Shown piece after piece: positions 45,426 to 60,249 of a stretch of 64,000 nucleotides of DNA. Every line of letters starts with the position of its first letter. Within the stretch, counting starts at the first letter, position 1. Under the pieces are notes generated by a model. That model had not been told where the DNA came from, searched no databases, and saw only the letters and a list, made by a program, of their open reading frames with translations. The stretch lies in the NCBI RefSeq assembly GCF_009914755.1, contig NC_060930.1; one strand, 5' to 3'. Made by a program: the position numbers and the translations under genes. Source of the stretch: the human T2T-CHM13v2.0 reference genome, Homo sapiens.

Positions 45426-46036
45426 TATGTAGAGGTTTCTGTAGGAAATAAACAAGTTGAGTTCTCTGGTGAAAACACATCTGAAAACATGTTAATAGGA
45501 ATATAGCTAATCCTTAGCATTTCTTATAGTAGCTAAGGTCAGTGTATGCTAGGCCTGGTACCTGAGCAGCAGTCTTGATGCTAAGTTAACAACAGGTAGC
45601 CAACAGGAGTGTTTTCTAGCTATTTGGAAATTGAAATTCAACCAAAAAAGCTACTGCCACTCTGAATCAGTTACATCATGATACCTTAGATCTAGGCTAC
45701 CTTTTTTCCTGAATAATAGAAGGTTACATTGATTAGAAATTATGGGGAAAGTAGATTCCTTCATATAAGAATTGGTTAAAGTTTGACTCTGTTCTCTGTT
45801 AAAGTAAGCAGCTTTTTAAATAATTGAGTTCTTTGGAGGAGTTTTTATATTTTATATATTTTTTACCTATTTAGCCATGATAAATAGAATCAGATAAGAG
45901 ACCGAGTGTGAATATTCAGCACGACCTTCAACCAGGTGTATATATTTCTCTCTATGTTCTAAAGGACTCAGCAATGTGTAGTGCCTATGAGTTCTCATTT
46001 GAAAAAGGAGGAATCCTATATGGAATGCCATGTAAC

Positions 46037-46357
46037 GGCCAGGTGCAGTGGCTCATACCTATAATCCCAGCCCTTTGGAGGCCTAGGCAGGAGGATTGCT
46101 TCAGGCCGGGAGTTTGAGATCAGCCTGGCAACATAGTGAGAACCCCCCACACCTCTACAAAAAAAAAAAAAAAAAAAAAATTAGCCAAACTTGCTGGCAC
46201 GCACCTGTAGTCCTGACCATTGGGGAGGCTAAGGTGTGAGGATCGTTTGAGCCCTGGAAGAGTTCGAGGCCGCAGTGAGCTATGCTCACACTATTGCACT
46301 ACAGCCTGGGTGATAGAGCAAGACCCCATCTCTAAAAGAAAAAAACAGATATATATA
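46037..46357 (+). mobile_element. AluJ with expanded middle A-run
   Basis: ggccaggtgcagtggctca...gaggattgcttcaggcc; TSD aatgccatgtaa at 46024-46035 and 46358-46369. Confidence 0.93.
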
Positions 46358-46794
46358 AATGCCATGTAAGCTTTTACACTTGTATTTCTTGTCTCAATTC
46401 TGGTTTTTTCTTGAGCAATTTCTTCTTTTCATTCTCATGAAAGTTAAGGTGATGACGCTGTGCTTACCCACAAACTGTGTATCCACGTAGCCTTCACTGC
46501 CATTTGTCCTGAGCCTTTTCAAGAAGCATAAATCCCAGAATGATCGAAACATCTCTTAGATCCCAGAGTGACTTAAGATCCATGCTAGGAATTAATCCTG
46601 CTTCCTAGGAAGTTACACAACAGCAGCATTTGTGGCAGTGCCACAGCAAGCCAGGGACTGGCCCACGGGCGGTACGCTGTCATTCCCAGTGCTTTCTCTG
46701 CCTTCCAGAGAAACAGGAATTTGCCACATGTCTGTGACTCATTTGCTGGAGCTGTTAAGTGGTGATGGTGTTTAAAATCTCAGGGAAGTAAAGC

Positions 46795-46990
46795 CACCAT
46801 TTACTGAACACTTCCTGTGTGCCGTGCACTCAGTTGTAACCACATTATTTTACTTGGTCTTGACGAGAAGCCTTTAAAGGCACTTTTATTATCCCAATTT
46901 TACAGATGAGGAAATTGAAGTTCTGGGAGGATGAGTAACTTGTAGAAGGTCACACCATATATAAGTAATGGACCCAGCCTCTCCAACTAC
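46795..46990 (-). mobile_element. MIR SINE
   Basis: catttactgaacactt...attatcccaattttacagatgaggaaattgaag...aaggtcacac. Confidence 0.8.
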
Positions 46991-47064
46991 TCTCAGCTGA
47001 TTATAGAGATTAAATTAGAAGCAGTTCTTCCTTTCTTGGAAAAGTAAACCTAATGGGGAACTCA

Positions 47065-48125
47065 GAAGCCATAAAGGAAAAGAGTGATTAATTTAGCCAC
47101 GTAAACATTTAAGGCTTCTGCTCAACAAACCGCACCAAAAAATTGGATCAGGAATGTATAACAAACTAGTGGGTGGGGAAGGAGACTGCCAGGCTGTGAT
47201 AAAAGGCCAATTTTTTAAAACATAACAAAAAACTCTTCAACAGTCAGTGAGCACGAGACATACAGACTGCTGTGAACATGGGACAGGATGCTCAGCCTCA
47301 CTCATGATTAGAGAAATACAAATTATTTGCTGCAAATGACATTTTCAGCTGTAGGTTTGACAAAGATTTTAGAAGTGGATAATGTTCAGTGCTGTCAAGC
47401 GTGCAGGACAACAGGTACCCTCCATCTACATTGTCTGTGGACATGCAAATCGGTACAACTCTATATTAAAACTGAAAATACACACTCTTTGACTCAGCAT
47501 TTATTTATTCCACAAATATTTTAATATAGGTATTCAAAGATACGGGTACTGCAATATTCATTGCAATGCCAGAAACTTCATCAATAGAAGACTGATTAAA
47601 TAAATTGTAGAATGTTTGTACTAGCAAACACTAGTAGCCATTATTATTTTTTATTTGAATCTTGTTTTATATTTTAGCACTTTATACAGCTTGTCTCATT
47701 AAGTATCACCCAGCTAAGATTTTTTTTATAGGGCATGGCACATATATTTTGTTTTGTTTCCTTATATTTTTGCTCTGGATCTCATGTGTAGCCAGTAGAG
47801 ATATGAAATTAAATATTCCACAATAGGTATGGCCCCTCAAGTAGCCATTATAAAGTATTCTATACACCATTAAGTAAAGAAAACAAAGATGTATTGAAAG
47901 AACTAAGGTATAAAATATTCTATAAATTATTCTATTTTTTGTTTGTATGAACATGTAAACCTTTGTGCATAGGAAATATCTATAAAGATAGAAAGGAAAT
48001 CATTAACAATTATCTACTGAGGACTGGAATTGAGGGTATTATCTACTTTGCAGTTCATATGCATACAATTTAAATTTTTTACTATGAACATACATCATTT
48101 TTATAATAAAATGCTCATTTCTAAA
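47065..48125 (+). mobile_element. Old L1ME 3' fragment(s)
   Basis: gatgctcagcctcactcatgattagagaaatacaaatt; aaatcggtacaact; ctttgactcagca. Confidence 0.6.
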
Positions 48126-49444
48126 AATACAATGTGGAAGACATTCATTTATTAGGGCCCTATTTGCAAGAAGCAGCATAAGTAAATCATCCCATGTTGA
48201 CAGATAAAACTTATCCAACCATGGAGAACAGATATCAGTGACTTAATAAGCAGTAAAGATAATAAAAGTTTTAGCAAAACCAGCTAGAACCTCTTGGGAG
48301 TGAGTTTCTCTAGCTAGGTGAGTTCTTCAGCCTAGCAGAAATAGGAGAAAATAGTTTTTTTGGAAAGATACTTTCTGAAGTCTTATCCAATTCCATGTAT
48401 ACGTTAATACCTTTTTTTTTTCTATTTACAAAGTGACACATTGATTGTCAAAATTTGGAAAATACCGGTAAGCTCACATGGGCTTTATTTTTAACAGGCT
48501 ACAAATTTAAATACAGATAACAATTGCAAGATTATGTCTAAGCAAAGAGAGCAAATTGATGGCCGAACTGATGATTGATTAGAATGACTTTTGTCTTTTT
48601 AAAATTGAGTTATATAAGAGGTGAAGGAAACAGACCGATGGCTGGAGAATTTGACAACGTATAAGAGAATCTGAGAATTCCTTTGAAAAACGCTCAGATT
48701 TCCAGCCAAGATAGAGTCACATCCACCATTGAAGGGAATCTTAAGCCATCATTGCATAAAACTTTGGAGATGAAAGACTTCTAACTCCTTCATTTTACAA
48801 AGAAAAAATTGGGCTCTAATTTTTTCATTAATTCAATTTAAAAATAATGAGTATCCAATGCAATACTCTTTCCACTTCCTGACCCTGTCTGATGCAAGAA
48901 GAATATTTTTCTAGGACATTCCTCATTATTGACTTGAGAAATAAGTATGGCTTTCAACAAACAAAGGCAAAATCATGAGATATAACTAAAATTGATGATT
49001 CACCTTTGAAGTAGTTTCAGGTCATTGTTTTAATACCTTGTTCACACAGAACCTGTTTTGCATTCATTTGCAGACTTCAAATATCTCATTTCAGGGTGAA
49101 GTTTAGCTGAGTGGCATTAGAGCCCTGTGAACTCTCCTTGGTTGGGCATGAAGTGAGAGGTCTGAAAAGAATATCAAGCTAAATCCTCAACTTAAAAGCA
49201 ACACTTGTTTTTTTAATTTAAAAAAAAATCCAATATTATTTCAATTTTCTTCGCAGCAGATTGTGTCATGCTCTTTAGTTAGAACTCAATGTAGAAAATG
49301 CAGCATGGGTTGAAGTAGACAGCAGAAGTGAAAGCCAAATAATGATGTCTGATTCTCGCTCGCTGTGATATGGGAGGACAAGGGAAGAAAAGATAAAGCA
49401 CCACAGCCAGCAGCACTGATTTAGGAAATATCTTACTCACAAGG

Positions 49445-49829
49445 TTTATTAGACTCTTCTTGCACTGCTATAAAGAAATACCTGAGACTAAATAATTTAT
49501 AAAGACAGAGGTTTAGTTGGCTGTTAGTTCTGCAGGCTGTACAGGAAGTATCATGCTGGCATATGCTCAGCTTCTAGGGAGGCCTCGGGAAGCTCACAAT
49601 CATGGTGGAAGGCCGAGGGGCTGCAGGCACGTCACATGGCGAAAGCAGGAGCAAGTGAGAGAGAGTAGGGGGAGGGAGGTGCCACACGCACCAGAATTCA
49701 TGAGAACTCACTGCGCCATGACGGATCCACCCCTAGGATCCAAACACCTCCCACCAGGCCCCACCTCCAGCATTGGGGATTATAACTCAGCATGAGATTT
49801 GGGCAGGGACAAGTATCCAAACCATATCA
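49445..49829 (-). mobile_element. MSTA-like MaLR solo LTR
   Basis: gctataaagaaatacctgagact...acacctcccaccaggccccacctcca...atccaaaccatatca; 5-bp TSD caagg on both sides. Confidence 0.9.
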
Positions 49830-50052
49830 CAAGGAAAGCTTCCGGAGCTGAGGCAACCCTTCTAACATGTGAGGTCTTGCCAAGTTTCACCAGTGGTCCT
49901 GGAGGTTAGGTGAGTTATTAGGATCAAGATCTTCAAGCAATGTCCCCCATATAAATGGAATCTGGGCAGTTCTCCAGCAGGCTCACCAGGCCTCATATCA
50001 CCTCTGCCAGGCTCCTGGACCTGGCCCACAGGGTGTGGGTCCGGCTGATTAG

Positions 50053-50395
50053 TGTATCAGTCAGGATCGCCCAGGCTTGTGTTGCAGTAACAAATCACCT
50101 GAGAATCTCTGTGAACTCACCCAACAGAAGTGTGTTTCTCACTCTGGCCATGTGTGGGTGGGGTGCCCTCTGCATCATTCTCACACACACAGCTGGTCTG
50201 TGGGGGATCTTCTCTCTCGGTTGTTCCTGGGGCTGCTGGGCTGCAGGGAACCAAGCCACACCACCTGCGTGTCCTGCCAACTGCTAAGGGGCGGGCACAG
50301 GCAATTCCCCCATGTGCCTGGAAGCAGAGGGAAGGCACTGTGCTGTGCAGGTAACTCAGACTGCTGGGAAGGGCTGTATATCAAAGTAGACTACA
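50053..50395 (-). mobile_element. MLT1J/K-type MaLR LTR
   Basis: tgtatcagtcaggat...tgttgcagtaacaaatc...aatctctgtg...tttctcactc. Confidence 0.6.
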
Positions 50396-50615
50396 GTTCA
50401 CAGGGTCTTTGGGATCCTGGTAGGGCCTTTTACAAGCCCACCCCATAGCAACAGCCCCCTGTAGAGTGGCATTGAATGTGATAGGGTTACTTCTCCACAG
50501 GGAGCCTGCTACCAGGAATCATTCAGACTTCTCAAGCCCTTCTCTTGTTCTCTCTCATTAACTTCTTTAATGGTCTCCTTCCTCATTCCTTCCCCTTTAA
50601 GTCTACTTCTGCTAA

Positions 50616-51240
<625 letters not shown>

Positions 51241-51702
51241 GAGTTTAGGAACTCAGGGGACACTCCCAACCACCTATAGTGTGGCTCCCAAACCTTCCCT
51301 GTGCCGTCTTTCACTCTAACTATATCGACTGACCTCCAGTCCCCGAACGCTCTATGCTTTTATATAATGTGTTTTAGACTATTAGCAGAAGTCACCAGGC
51401 ATTGTACATGCTGCCTTCTCATGACTGGAGAGGGCCTAGGATGACTGCATCTAAATTTTTCATTGAAAATGCCACGGCTACAAGTCACGGAGACATAAAT
51501 ACATGCATTCACTCAATTGTACATTTAGTTTTCCTTATTAGTAAAATGTAAGGCTTGATTCATCCAGATGACAGCTTACTGTGGTACTATGTATCTTTTT
51601 TTGTTTTAGTCTTATTGAACGTCAAAAATATGATGGGGAATTGGAAGAATATGCTTGTTTCATTGAGTTAACTTTGGGAGTTATAAACTGAGGAGCTTTT
51701 AA

Positions 51703-52131
<429 letters not shown>

Positions 52132-55100
52132 TGAGGTTGCACACGTGGGCCGCGCTCTGCTGCACACCAGCAGTTCAGAGAGTCCTGTCGTTTGGGGGAG
52201 CACTCCTCTGTCACTACAGCACCTATTGTTGTAAAACCTTACCCACTATTTTTTCCAAACGACCTCAGATAAATACTTTACTTGATGTTTTTATTCGCGC
52301 AAGGTGTTAATTTCTAACAAGACTTTTATGAGCACAGCAAGCAGCAGTTGCTTTTTCATGTGAACATTAAATAAGACTCAAGGTATGAAAAGCCTGCTGC
52401 AAAGGGTCCAGAAGGATCTATGGGATTTGGTGGGCTGCAGCAGACAAATGGCCTGCCAGTCTGTGACAAGTGTGCAGTCACCGTGGGCGCCAGCCTTGGG
52501 AGGCACAGGATCCGCTAAGTCGTCGGGATTACCGGGCTCTGCCCCTAGCAGCCCCCGGAGAGTTAGGGCCCCGTGTGCACATCTCTGCAAAGGCTGTTGG
52601 TCAAACACATGAAAAGCCGGTGTTAGTGGTATCTGCCTGAGCCACCGTAAATCACCTCTCCCTCTGGGCTGCCACTGCACCTTGTCTGTGCACAGTCTGG
52701 AGGCGTGGGGCGTGTGTCATTGGGGGAAGCATGCAGTTCAGGGTCCTGTTATGTCCATATGAATGTGAACGTGAAAGCATTTCCTGGCGCCTCTGTGCTG
52801 GGCTATTATTGGGACCAAGGACTCACACACAACAGTGACATCATCCAGGCGCAGAATAGATTGTACTGAAACGTCAGAAGCCAGATACCAGGTTCTCTCT
52901 CACAAACAGTTGTTTTAAGTGCCAATATCAAGGCTTGACAGTGTTAGTGCTGGCAGGACTTTTGTTTTTCATTATCCCCATCTTCATCCCTAAACGAACA
53001 GTAGCAATGCAGAGAAATAGTCATTAGAATGAACTAAATTAAAATCAGGAAGCAGTTAACTTTATGTCGACTCTAAGATAATGTTAGTAAATAAAAAGGC
53101 TAATTGGAATTCTCAGTATTCTAATAAGAACTTTTTATTAGTAGGTTATTTGTGCTTTAATGGGCTGCTCGTGGCATGTGGTTGAGTCGTGATGCTTTTC
53201 ATTACTCATTTTTATTAACATATACGGTAAATATTAAAATAGATCTCGGCAGCAATAACATAGGTAGAAAATGATGGGTGGCTTGTCAGATACAAAATAC
53301 AGCAGCATACTTACAGATGTGTTCTCATGATTTTCAAATTTATGTTGGCTATTTTTTAACTTTGTCAAGCCTTTCTCTGACTTCTGCTTTATTGTACTGC
53401 TGTTCTTGACATTCCTCCCTTTCCCAACCAGATGGAAACTTTGGTGTAGCTTATAGAAGGTGTCCCAAAAGCTAGGACTTTGACAGCCAATGATATGTAT
53501 CTTTTTTAAATATTTCATTCAGAGTAAGCAAATGAGCAACAGCAAGGGAAAAACACATTTTAGTATTTTTCTCCCTGTTAGACATTGCTTGGTGCTTTTT
53601 AACTAGGATACCAGAAAGCGAAGTATTTCAAAGTGTTCCTTTAGCAAACTATATATGCTCAACCAGATTTCTAGTAGCATTTTTCTTCAGTGTTTAAAAA
53701 AGTGAACTTTTAACTTTTACTTTCTATTCTTCTTATCCTTCTGTAAGTGATATGTGTACTTTTGGCCCTGTTTAGAACAGATAAAATATAACTTTAATTT
53801 TTCTTGGATAATTAAAATGTTTTTCTAATGGGTTGTAATCCATAATGTTTCTAGAATTTGGTGGAAAGTCAATTCACTAATTTAATGGATTAGTGTAGGT
53901 CAGTTCTTACTGTAAACTTTAAAAGGTATAAGAGCTCCAGGCTAGATTGGAACTTGTCCCTAAGTCATAGTTGGGGAGTTTTTGTTTTATTTTGTAAAAA
54001 CACTCATCTCACGTTTCCTAAAAATGAAATAAGGCAGCAAAATAATACTCATCCAAGGATTCTGGTTACTTGGGTTTTATAGCTAACTAGGATTTTATTT
54101 TGGTTTTCCTTTCCCTTTCATGCCCCCAAACATTTAGGACTAAGAGAATGAGGAGGGAGGCCCAGGCTGGAGGGCTCCTGGACAGGGTCTTGGGGGGACT
54201 TATCTTTCCTGTACCCCCTGGGATGTCACTGTGTTCACCCTTGGGGACACCAAGAAATTTCATATGAAGGGACTTTGGTGGAACTCCCACAGGCCCTGCT
54301 TTGGTTTTGTGGATATCGGCTTTTCAGTGTTACGGGATCCTTCTGCTTCAAAGTAAAACTAGGTCTGAAATTTTCAAGCTCAAAAACTTCCATAGGTAAA
54401 ACTTTTAATGGAAACAAATTACTTTTTTTAAAATTGAAACATTTGTCAAAAGCAAATATAGCTGCCAAGCCTGTGGATTATACATTTTGGTTCCAAAGAG
54501 TGATGAACCTCTGGTAGCCACAGGGATGGGAGATTTTCACACTGTTGTGATTCTGAAGTCACCAACTTAACAACTGGAACCAAGCACAATCCACGCTGTT
54601 CAGTGCCTTCTGACTGTCTGCTTACTCTCCGCTGGGTGCTGAAAAGCCCAGCCCACCTGTTGCTTAAGACCCAGTACATTATTTTAGAAAATAAGGTTTG
54701 TGGGTCCCTAGTGGTCTCTGTGGGCTAACTAGTGGGTCTGCTGGCAGCTTGGTAATTTTAGAGGAATATGAAATATAAGATCAATTGTGATTTTTGCAGC
54801 TATCCCATTGTATTCTTAGTAACACTTTATAGCAGATATACATTTTATCCCACAACTCTGGGTGTGAGAAATGTTGCCACCTTCTATTTGTCTAAATTTG
54901 ATTTCATCTACTTCACACTACCTCTTCCTCCCTCTACCCACACACAGACCAGATTTGGGGAAGGCCTTGGGAACATTTGGGAAAACGCCCTCTCAACCTA
55001 CCATCTTGGCCTGAGAGTCTCTTCAAGGCAGACAGCTCCTCTGCTTCCGTGCAAAGGTGGACACAGGGGCTTTTCACTAGGGCCCCAGAAGCTCCAGCTC

Positions 55101-55419
55101 TTGCTGTTCAGTCCGTCCTGTATCCCAGAGCTCTCCCACAGAGGCCCTGCCACCCTTGGAAAAGGCTGTGCAGGCCTGGGTTCCTGGCTTCTCCTTCTCT
55201 TAGGATCCTCCAACCTCTTGCCTTCCCGGCTTGTGCCTCCTAAACTGTCCCGATCTAGCTGTTTCTCCTCCCTCTCTGAGCTCCTTCCTCCCTCTTCCTC
55301 CTTCCTCTGCCGCCTCCTCCCTTTAGTGAGCTTTAGAAACATAATGCTGGGTTCTCCTTCCTACAGCAGTGGAGATGGGGTCAGATGCCAACGCTGGTCA
55401 GCTTAGTTTTCATGATGAT

Positions 55420-55770
55420 GGTCTTAGTCCATGCTGGCTGCTGTAACAAACCACCATAGACTGGGACAACAGAAACTTATTCCTCACAGTTCTGGAAGCT
55501 GGGAAGGCCAAGGTCAAGGCACCAGCAGATTTGGTGTCTGTGAGGGCCCACCTCTTGGCTCATAGATGGTTGTCTTCTTGCTGCATCTTTACATGTCACA
55601 GGGGCAAGGGAGCTCTCCAGGGCCCCTTTATAAAGACACCAATCCCTTCATAAGGGCTCTGCCCTCCTGACCTAATCACTTCCCAAAGGCCCCACCTCCT
55701 CAGACCATCATCTTGGGGGTTAGGATTTTAACATGAATTTGGAGGGAACATAAACACTCACTTCAGAGTA
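55420..55770 (-). mobile_element. MLT1A/MLT1A0 MaLR solo LTR
   Basis: gtcttagtcc...gctgtaacaaaccaccatagactggg...gacctaatcacttcccaaaggccccacctc. Confidence 0.85.
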
Positions 55771-56197
55771 ATGATAAAGTATATTGCCCATATGCTACAA
55801 GGACTGTCTTGGTCACTTTTCAGCTGACATTTAAGTAAAAGAGTATAATTCTCTGCAACTATGTTTTGTCTCATTCACGTGTCAATATATACATATGCTA
55901 GATTTCCCTTTGCAACAATGGTTGGATCAGTTCAAAGTGGTTCATTGACGTCCAAAAAAAGTGAAAATAATGCGTAAATCCTAGAACTCAAGACATACGC
56001 AAGAGGTAATAATTAAGCTTCTACTGTGCCTGTGGATTGTGAATCTACAAGAGTCATGATTTTATAAAAGCAGCCCCAAAAGGAAAATACAAATAGGAAA
56101 TATAATAAGGAACATCTGAAGATTCGAACTTATTTGCACTGCAGAGGCACTGAACTCTGGCCTTTGGTAGTTGTCTGTTAACGGAATTCTGTTAAAT

Positions 56198-56325
56198 AGT
56201 TTCCTCATTTGTAAATGCAGATGATAATAGAACTTGCTTCAGGGTGGTTGTGAGGCATAAATGAGGTAATACATGTGGCATGCTTGTGTACATGTTGATG
56301 TGCTGTCTGGGCTGTCATTATTATA
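56198..56325 (+). mobile_element. MIR fragment
   Basis: agtttcctcatttgtaaatg...ggttgtgaggcataaatgaggtaatacatg. Confidence 0.7.
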
Positions 56326-57317
56326 GTTCTCAAAATTATTATTATTAATATAAAACACAGCCATCTCTCTAAGCCTATCAGGTTTTTCCAGAATGAATTA
56401 AAATAACAGTGCTTTGTTACGGAAATGCTACATTTGGTCATTCAAGATGGAGAAATGGCCAAAATTGTGGCAGTACCATGAATAGTTGTAAAAGTTGGTC
56501 CAAGTTACAATCTGACCAAATAAGCCATAAAGTAAATAGAAAATATAGTTTGAATCATGAAATTGCCGTTTTTTAATAGTCCCAGGTAGCGAAATATTAG
56601 AAAATCCCCATGTTTCTTCTCGACTTCATGCTCAGAGGAAAAGCAGAGTGAGCTGCTGGCAAAATTCCTCTGCTAAGTGGCAGCGTGGAGGCCATGCGAA
56701 ATGAGTTGCATGCGCCATGAAGAGCGATTGCGGTGTGCTGAAGCCACAGATCATGGCGCTTCACACAGGTGGGTTGAGAGTCTGAAGAGGCACTCAGTAA
56801 CTGCCAGTAACTGGTTTCCTGTGCCTGCCTCCTTACCTCGATTCACCCTGAATTTGCTGTGCAGCCAGCCCCCTCGATGGCAGCCTTGACACCTGGCCGC
56901 TAAAGAGGGCACAGTGCTTCCGCATTCTCCCCACTGAAACCCAGGGGCCTCGCCTGTGGCTCACTGCCCTTTTGGTCCCATCATATTCCCAACGTTATTT
57001 CCTTTTGTTTGCCTATTTGCATAGTCTCTGCTCGAGCCATTTGGAATGTTCCCATTTCTTGAACACCTCCATGCACCCATCCCTCAGCTCGCGCCCCTGT
57101 GCCTCCCCATTCTCCACTTTTTGAGCTTATGCCCATCTTTCCTTGCCCATCTCCAGTGCAACCGCACACACAAAGCCACCCCTTCTTTTCCAGTTGCCTG
57201 CGCTCGCTGCCTCCTCTGAACCTCAATCTCACTTTGCCATTTTCTCCTCATTGGTGATCATTATCTTAGTCCTCTGTGTCCAGCAGTGACGTATTTGTTT
57301 TACTCCATCTGTTAGAG

Positions 57318-57655
57318 AAGCAGTCCCCAACGTTTTTGGCAGCAGGGACCAGTTTTGTGGAAGACCATTTTTCCATGGATGGGGTGGGTGGGGATGGTTT
57401 CAGGATGAAACTGCTCCACCTCAGATCATCAGGCATCAGATTCTCATAAGGAGCACACGAGCTAGATCCCTCGCCTGCGCAGTTGACAATAGGGTTCTCA
57501 CTCCTATGAGAATCTAATACTGCCGCTGATGTGACAACAGGCAGAACTCAGGTGGTTATGCTCACTCACCCAACCCTCACTTCCTGCCACGCAGCCTGCT
57601 TCCTAGCCGGACACAAACGGGTACTGGTCCACAGCCCGGGGGTGGGGGACTCCTG
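57318..57655 (+). mobile_element. MER1B (hAT-Charlie)
   Basis: agcagtccccaacgtttttggc...ggggactcctg termini; 338 bp; 8-bp TSD tgttaga(g/c). Confidence 0.92.
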
Positions 57656-59988
57656 TGTTAGACGACAGCTCTCTGAGGGCAGGGGCTGAGTCTTGATCAC
57701 CATCATGATTCTCCCACATAGTATGCTCGTGGTCAGTAGTTCTAATCTTAAAGTTGGCCAGTGCTGTCCCCATTACTCTAGGGCCCCTTCCCATTCCATG
57801 GCAGCATTGCTGACTTCTTATGGACTGGAGGCTCACAGGGCCTGGCTGGTAGGTGCTACTTACCCTGCCTGGGAGTCCTGACAGTAGCCCAGGGAGGTTC
57901 TTTTAAACTCGTGGCTACATCGACTGTTGGGTTTCCTACAAGGAAGACCATATTTAGCTTTTGAAGGAGGCCTTCAGCTGCTACCCCAAGCAAGCCAGCT
58001 GCGAATCACTGGCCATGTTTTAACTTTCTGTGTTGTTGCTCCTTGTGTATGGACTGAGAAATGCATTCAGCAACTCCTCCTTCTGTTAATCCTATTGCTA
58101 CATCTCCAGCCTTGAGATTTGCCAAATATTGCTGAATGAAACACTCAGAACAGCATTCAGACAAGGCTTTGTGAGACTTTGATGTGGTCTGAGAAATTTC
58201 GAGCTTTCCATCCGTTGATGGGGCTCCTGTTGTTTCCATGTCACAGTCAGCGGAGCTGTGATAGAGTCTGAGCAGCAGCAGCTCAGCTTTCTCCAGCGCG
58301 CCTTGATGAACCAAAATGTTTTGTTTTTGTTTTAGCAGAGGCACGATCAGCACAGAACCTGTAAGCACTTGCTTGTTCTCACTCACTTCTATTCTTCCAT
58401 ATGTGCTTTTCCTGCATTCTTTTATTAGAGACCTGTTGGATATCATCATCTTGTTGCCATATTTGCCGAAAGGAATGAATGTGTCCGTGCAGTTTCCTGT
58501 TGATCCCTGTCTGGAGTTAGCAGCATGGACCTACCCCAAGCCGAGCTGGCAATGAGGGTTTCACTCATAAAAACGACTCCTCGTTACCAGTTGAGGACCA
58601 ACCATTATTCCAATATTACATGGATTTGAAAAACAGATTCAGCACCTGAGAATAAAGTGGTACCAGGGCCTTTCACAAGCCGCTAAGCATCTGAAAACCT
58701 TGGTGCTAGTTCAGGCTTCCCCACTTAGGAACACGTGGCCTAAGGGGAGGCGTAGACGGTTGCAACTGGATCAGAGATATTGTAGATAATTCCTTACAGC
58801 CCAGGCCCACAGACTTGCTCACAGTCACCCAGAATACTCTGGAGGAAAGCCAAAACTAGAGCTCAAGTCTGTATGGGTCTAGTTTAGGACTCCGGGCAGC
58901 ATCAGGCTCCCTCTCATTTCACATTTTCCAACACTAGTATCCTTGTGAGTGGAGCATGAATAATACCTTTTCTGCCTCCCCAGGAGGGGAAGGGCAAATC
59001 TGAGCACACATGCCAGTCTACTTTGAAAATCCTGAAGCCCTACACTGCCAGTGTGGAGCAGCCACGTCCTTCCGTCCACGTGTCCATCCCCGGCGCACAT
59101 CTCACAGAGCCCCATCTTGTCCCTGGGTAGCCTCGGGGCCCCAGACAGGATGAATCTCAGGCCCTGCCATCGGGGCCTCACAGTCCAAAACAGAAGGCCG
59201 GAGTTGAACAAGCAGCGGGGTGCCGCCGTGGGAGCCCGGGGAAGAAAGGCTTGGCTACTAATTCCTTATGGCTGTGGCAAATATCATGGAATCTTAGGGA
59301 CTGCCTCACAGGGAAGGTGCCATTGGAATTGAACCTTGGAGAATAAGCAAGAATTCCCCCAGGTGGAACAGGTCAGAGGGGGCTACTGTGGGTAGAATGA
59401 AAACATGTGGGCCTCAAAGTCATGGTGTGGTTGTAGAACAGTGAACTGTCTGGGTGGTAGAAGGGCCGGGTAGCAGAGCTTTGTACAACATTGCCCTGGA
59501 GGTAATGATCAGTTATTGTAGAAAATAGCCCCTTAATTTTGTGAGAAATTTTCATTCCTTAGATTTGCCCGGGAGATGGGATTTCCTTATGGGTTGAACC
59601 TAAATCTTGCATTGGATGGATTTTTCTTTTTTCTTTGTTTTAGCATCATTTCACTCTCTTATCAGGATGTGAGATCCAAGGGGACCTGTCACTGGCCAGC
59701 TCACACATTACTCAGGAAGTCCTACATGATCAGTGAGCTCCAGTTTGTCCTGTGGTCCCCTAGGCTGTGGGAGTCCACAGCTATGGCCCCAGGCAGGTGT
59801 CCTGAAGGGAATCAGGTGAAAAGGAGGCTCAGTCATGGAAACTACTTCAGTTTCATCCAGCAGAGATCTGTAAGTGGCAACCGAGTGTAAAGCCTCTGGT
59901 CAAACCACTCAAAGCAGGCTTCCTGCTGAAGCTGAGCTCATGACAATCCCCCCAAATCCTTCTACACCCCCACACACCCTTCCCTCAC

Positions 59989-60249
59989 TTTATGGTTTTT
60001 AGAGACAGGGTTTTGCTCTTTTGCCCAGGCTGGAGTACAGTGGCACTATCATAGCTCACTGTAGCTGTGACCTCCTGGGCTCAAGCCATCCTCCCACCTC
60101 AGCCTCCTGAGTAGCTGGGACTACAGGCATACACCACCACACCCAGCTAATTTTTAAATTATTTTTTGTAGAGACGGGACCTCACTATGTTGCCCAGGCT
60201 GGTCTTGAAATCCTAGCCTCAAGTGATCATCCTGCCTCAGCTTCCCAAA
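59989..60249 (-). mobile_element. AluJ, 5'-truncated
   Basis: agagacaggg...atcatagctcactgtagc...ctcctgggctcaagccatcctccc. Confidence 0.9.

Noticed and set aside
54768-55406. 212-aa ORF
   Set aside because: Ser/Leu/Pro-rich translation of pyrimidine-rich DNA with no recognisable domain; likely chance.
56860-56915. CTCF-like motifs (also near 4022, 36730 and 52540)
   Set aside because: Each needs an indel or several core mismatches; not supportable without a matrix scan or ChIP.
58336-58360. Possible tiny exon ttttag|cag...AACCT|gtaagc
   Set aside because: Possible lengths of 25, 22 or 20 nt do not preserve frame, and the donor is weak.
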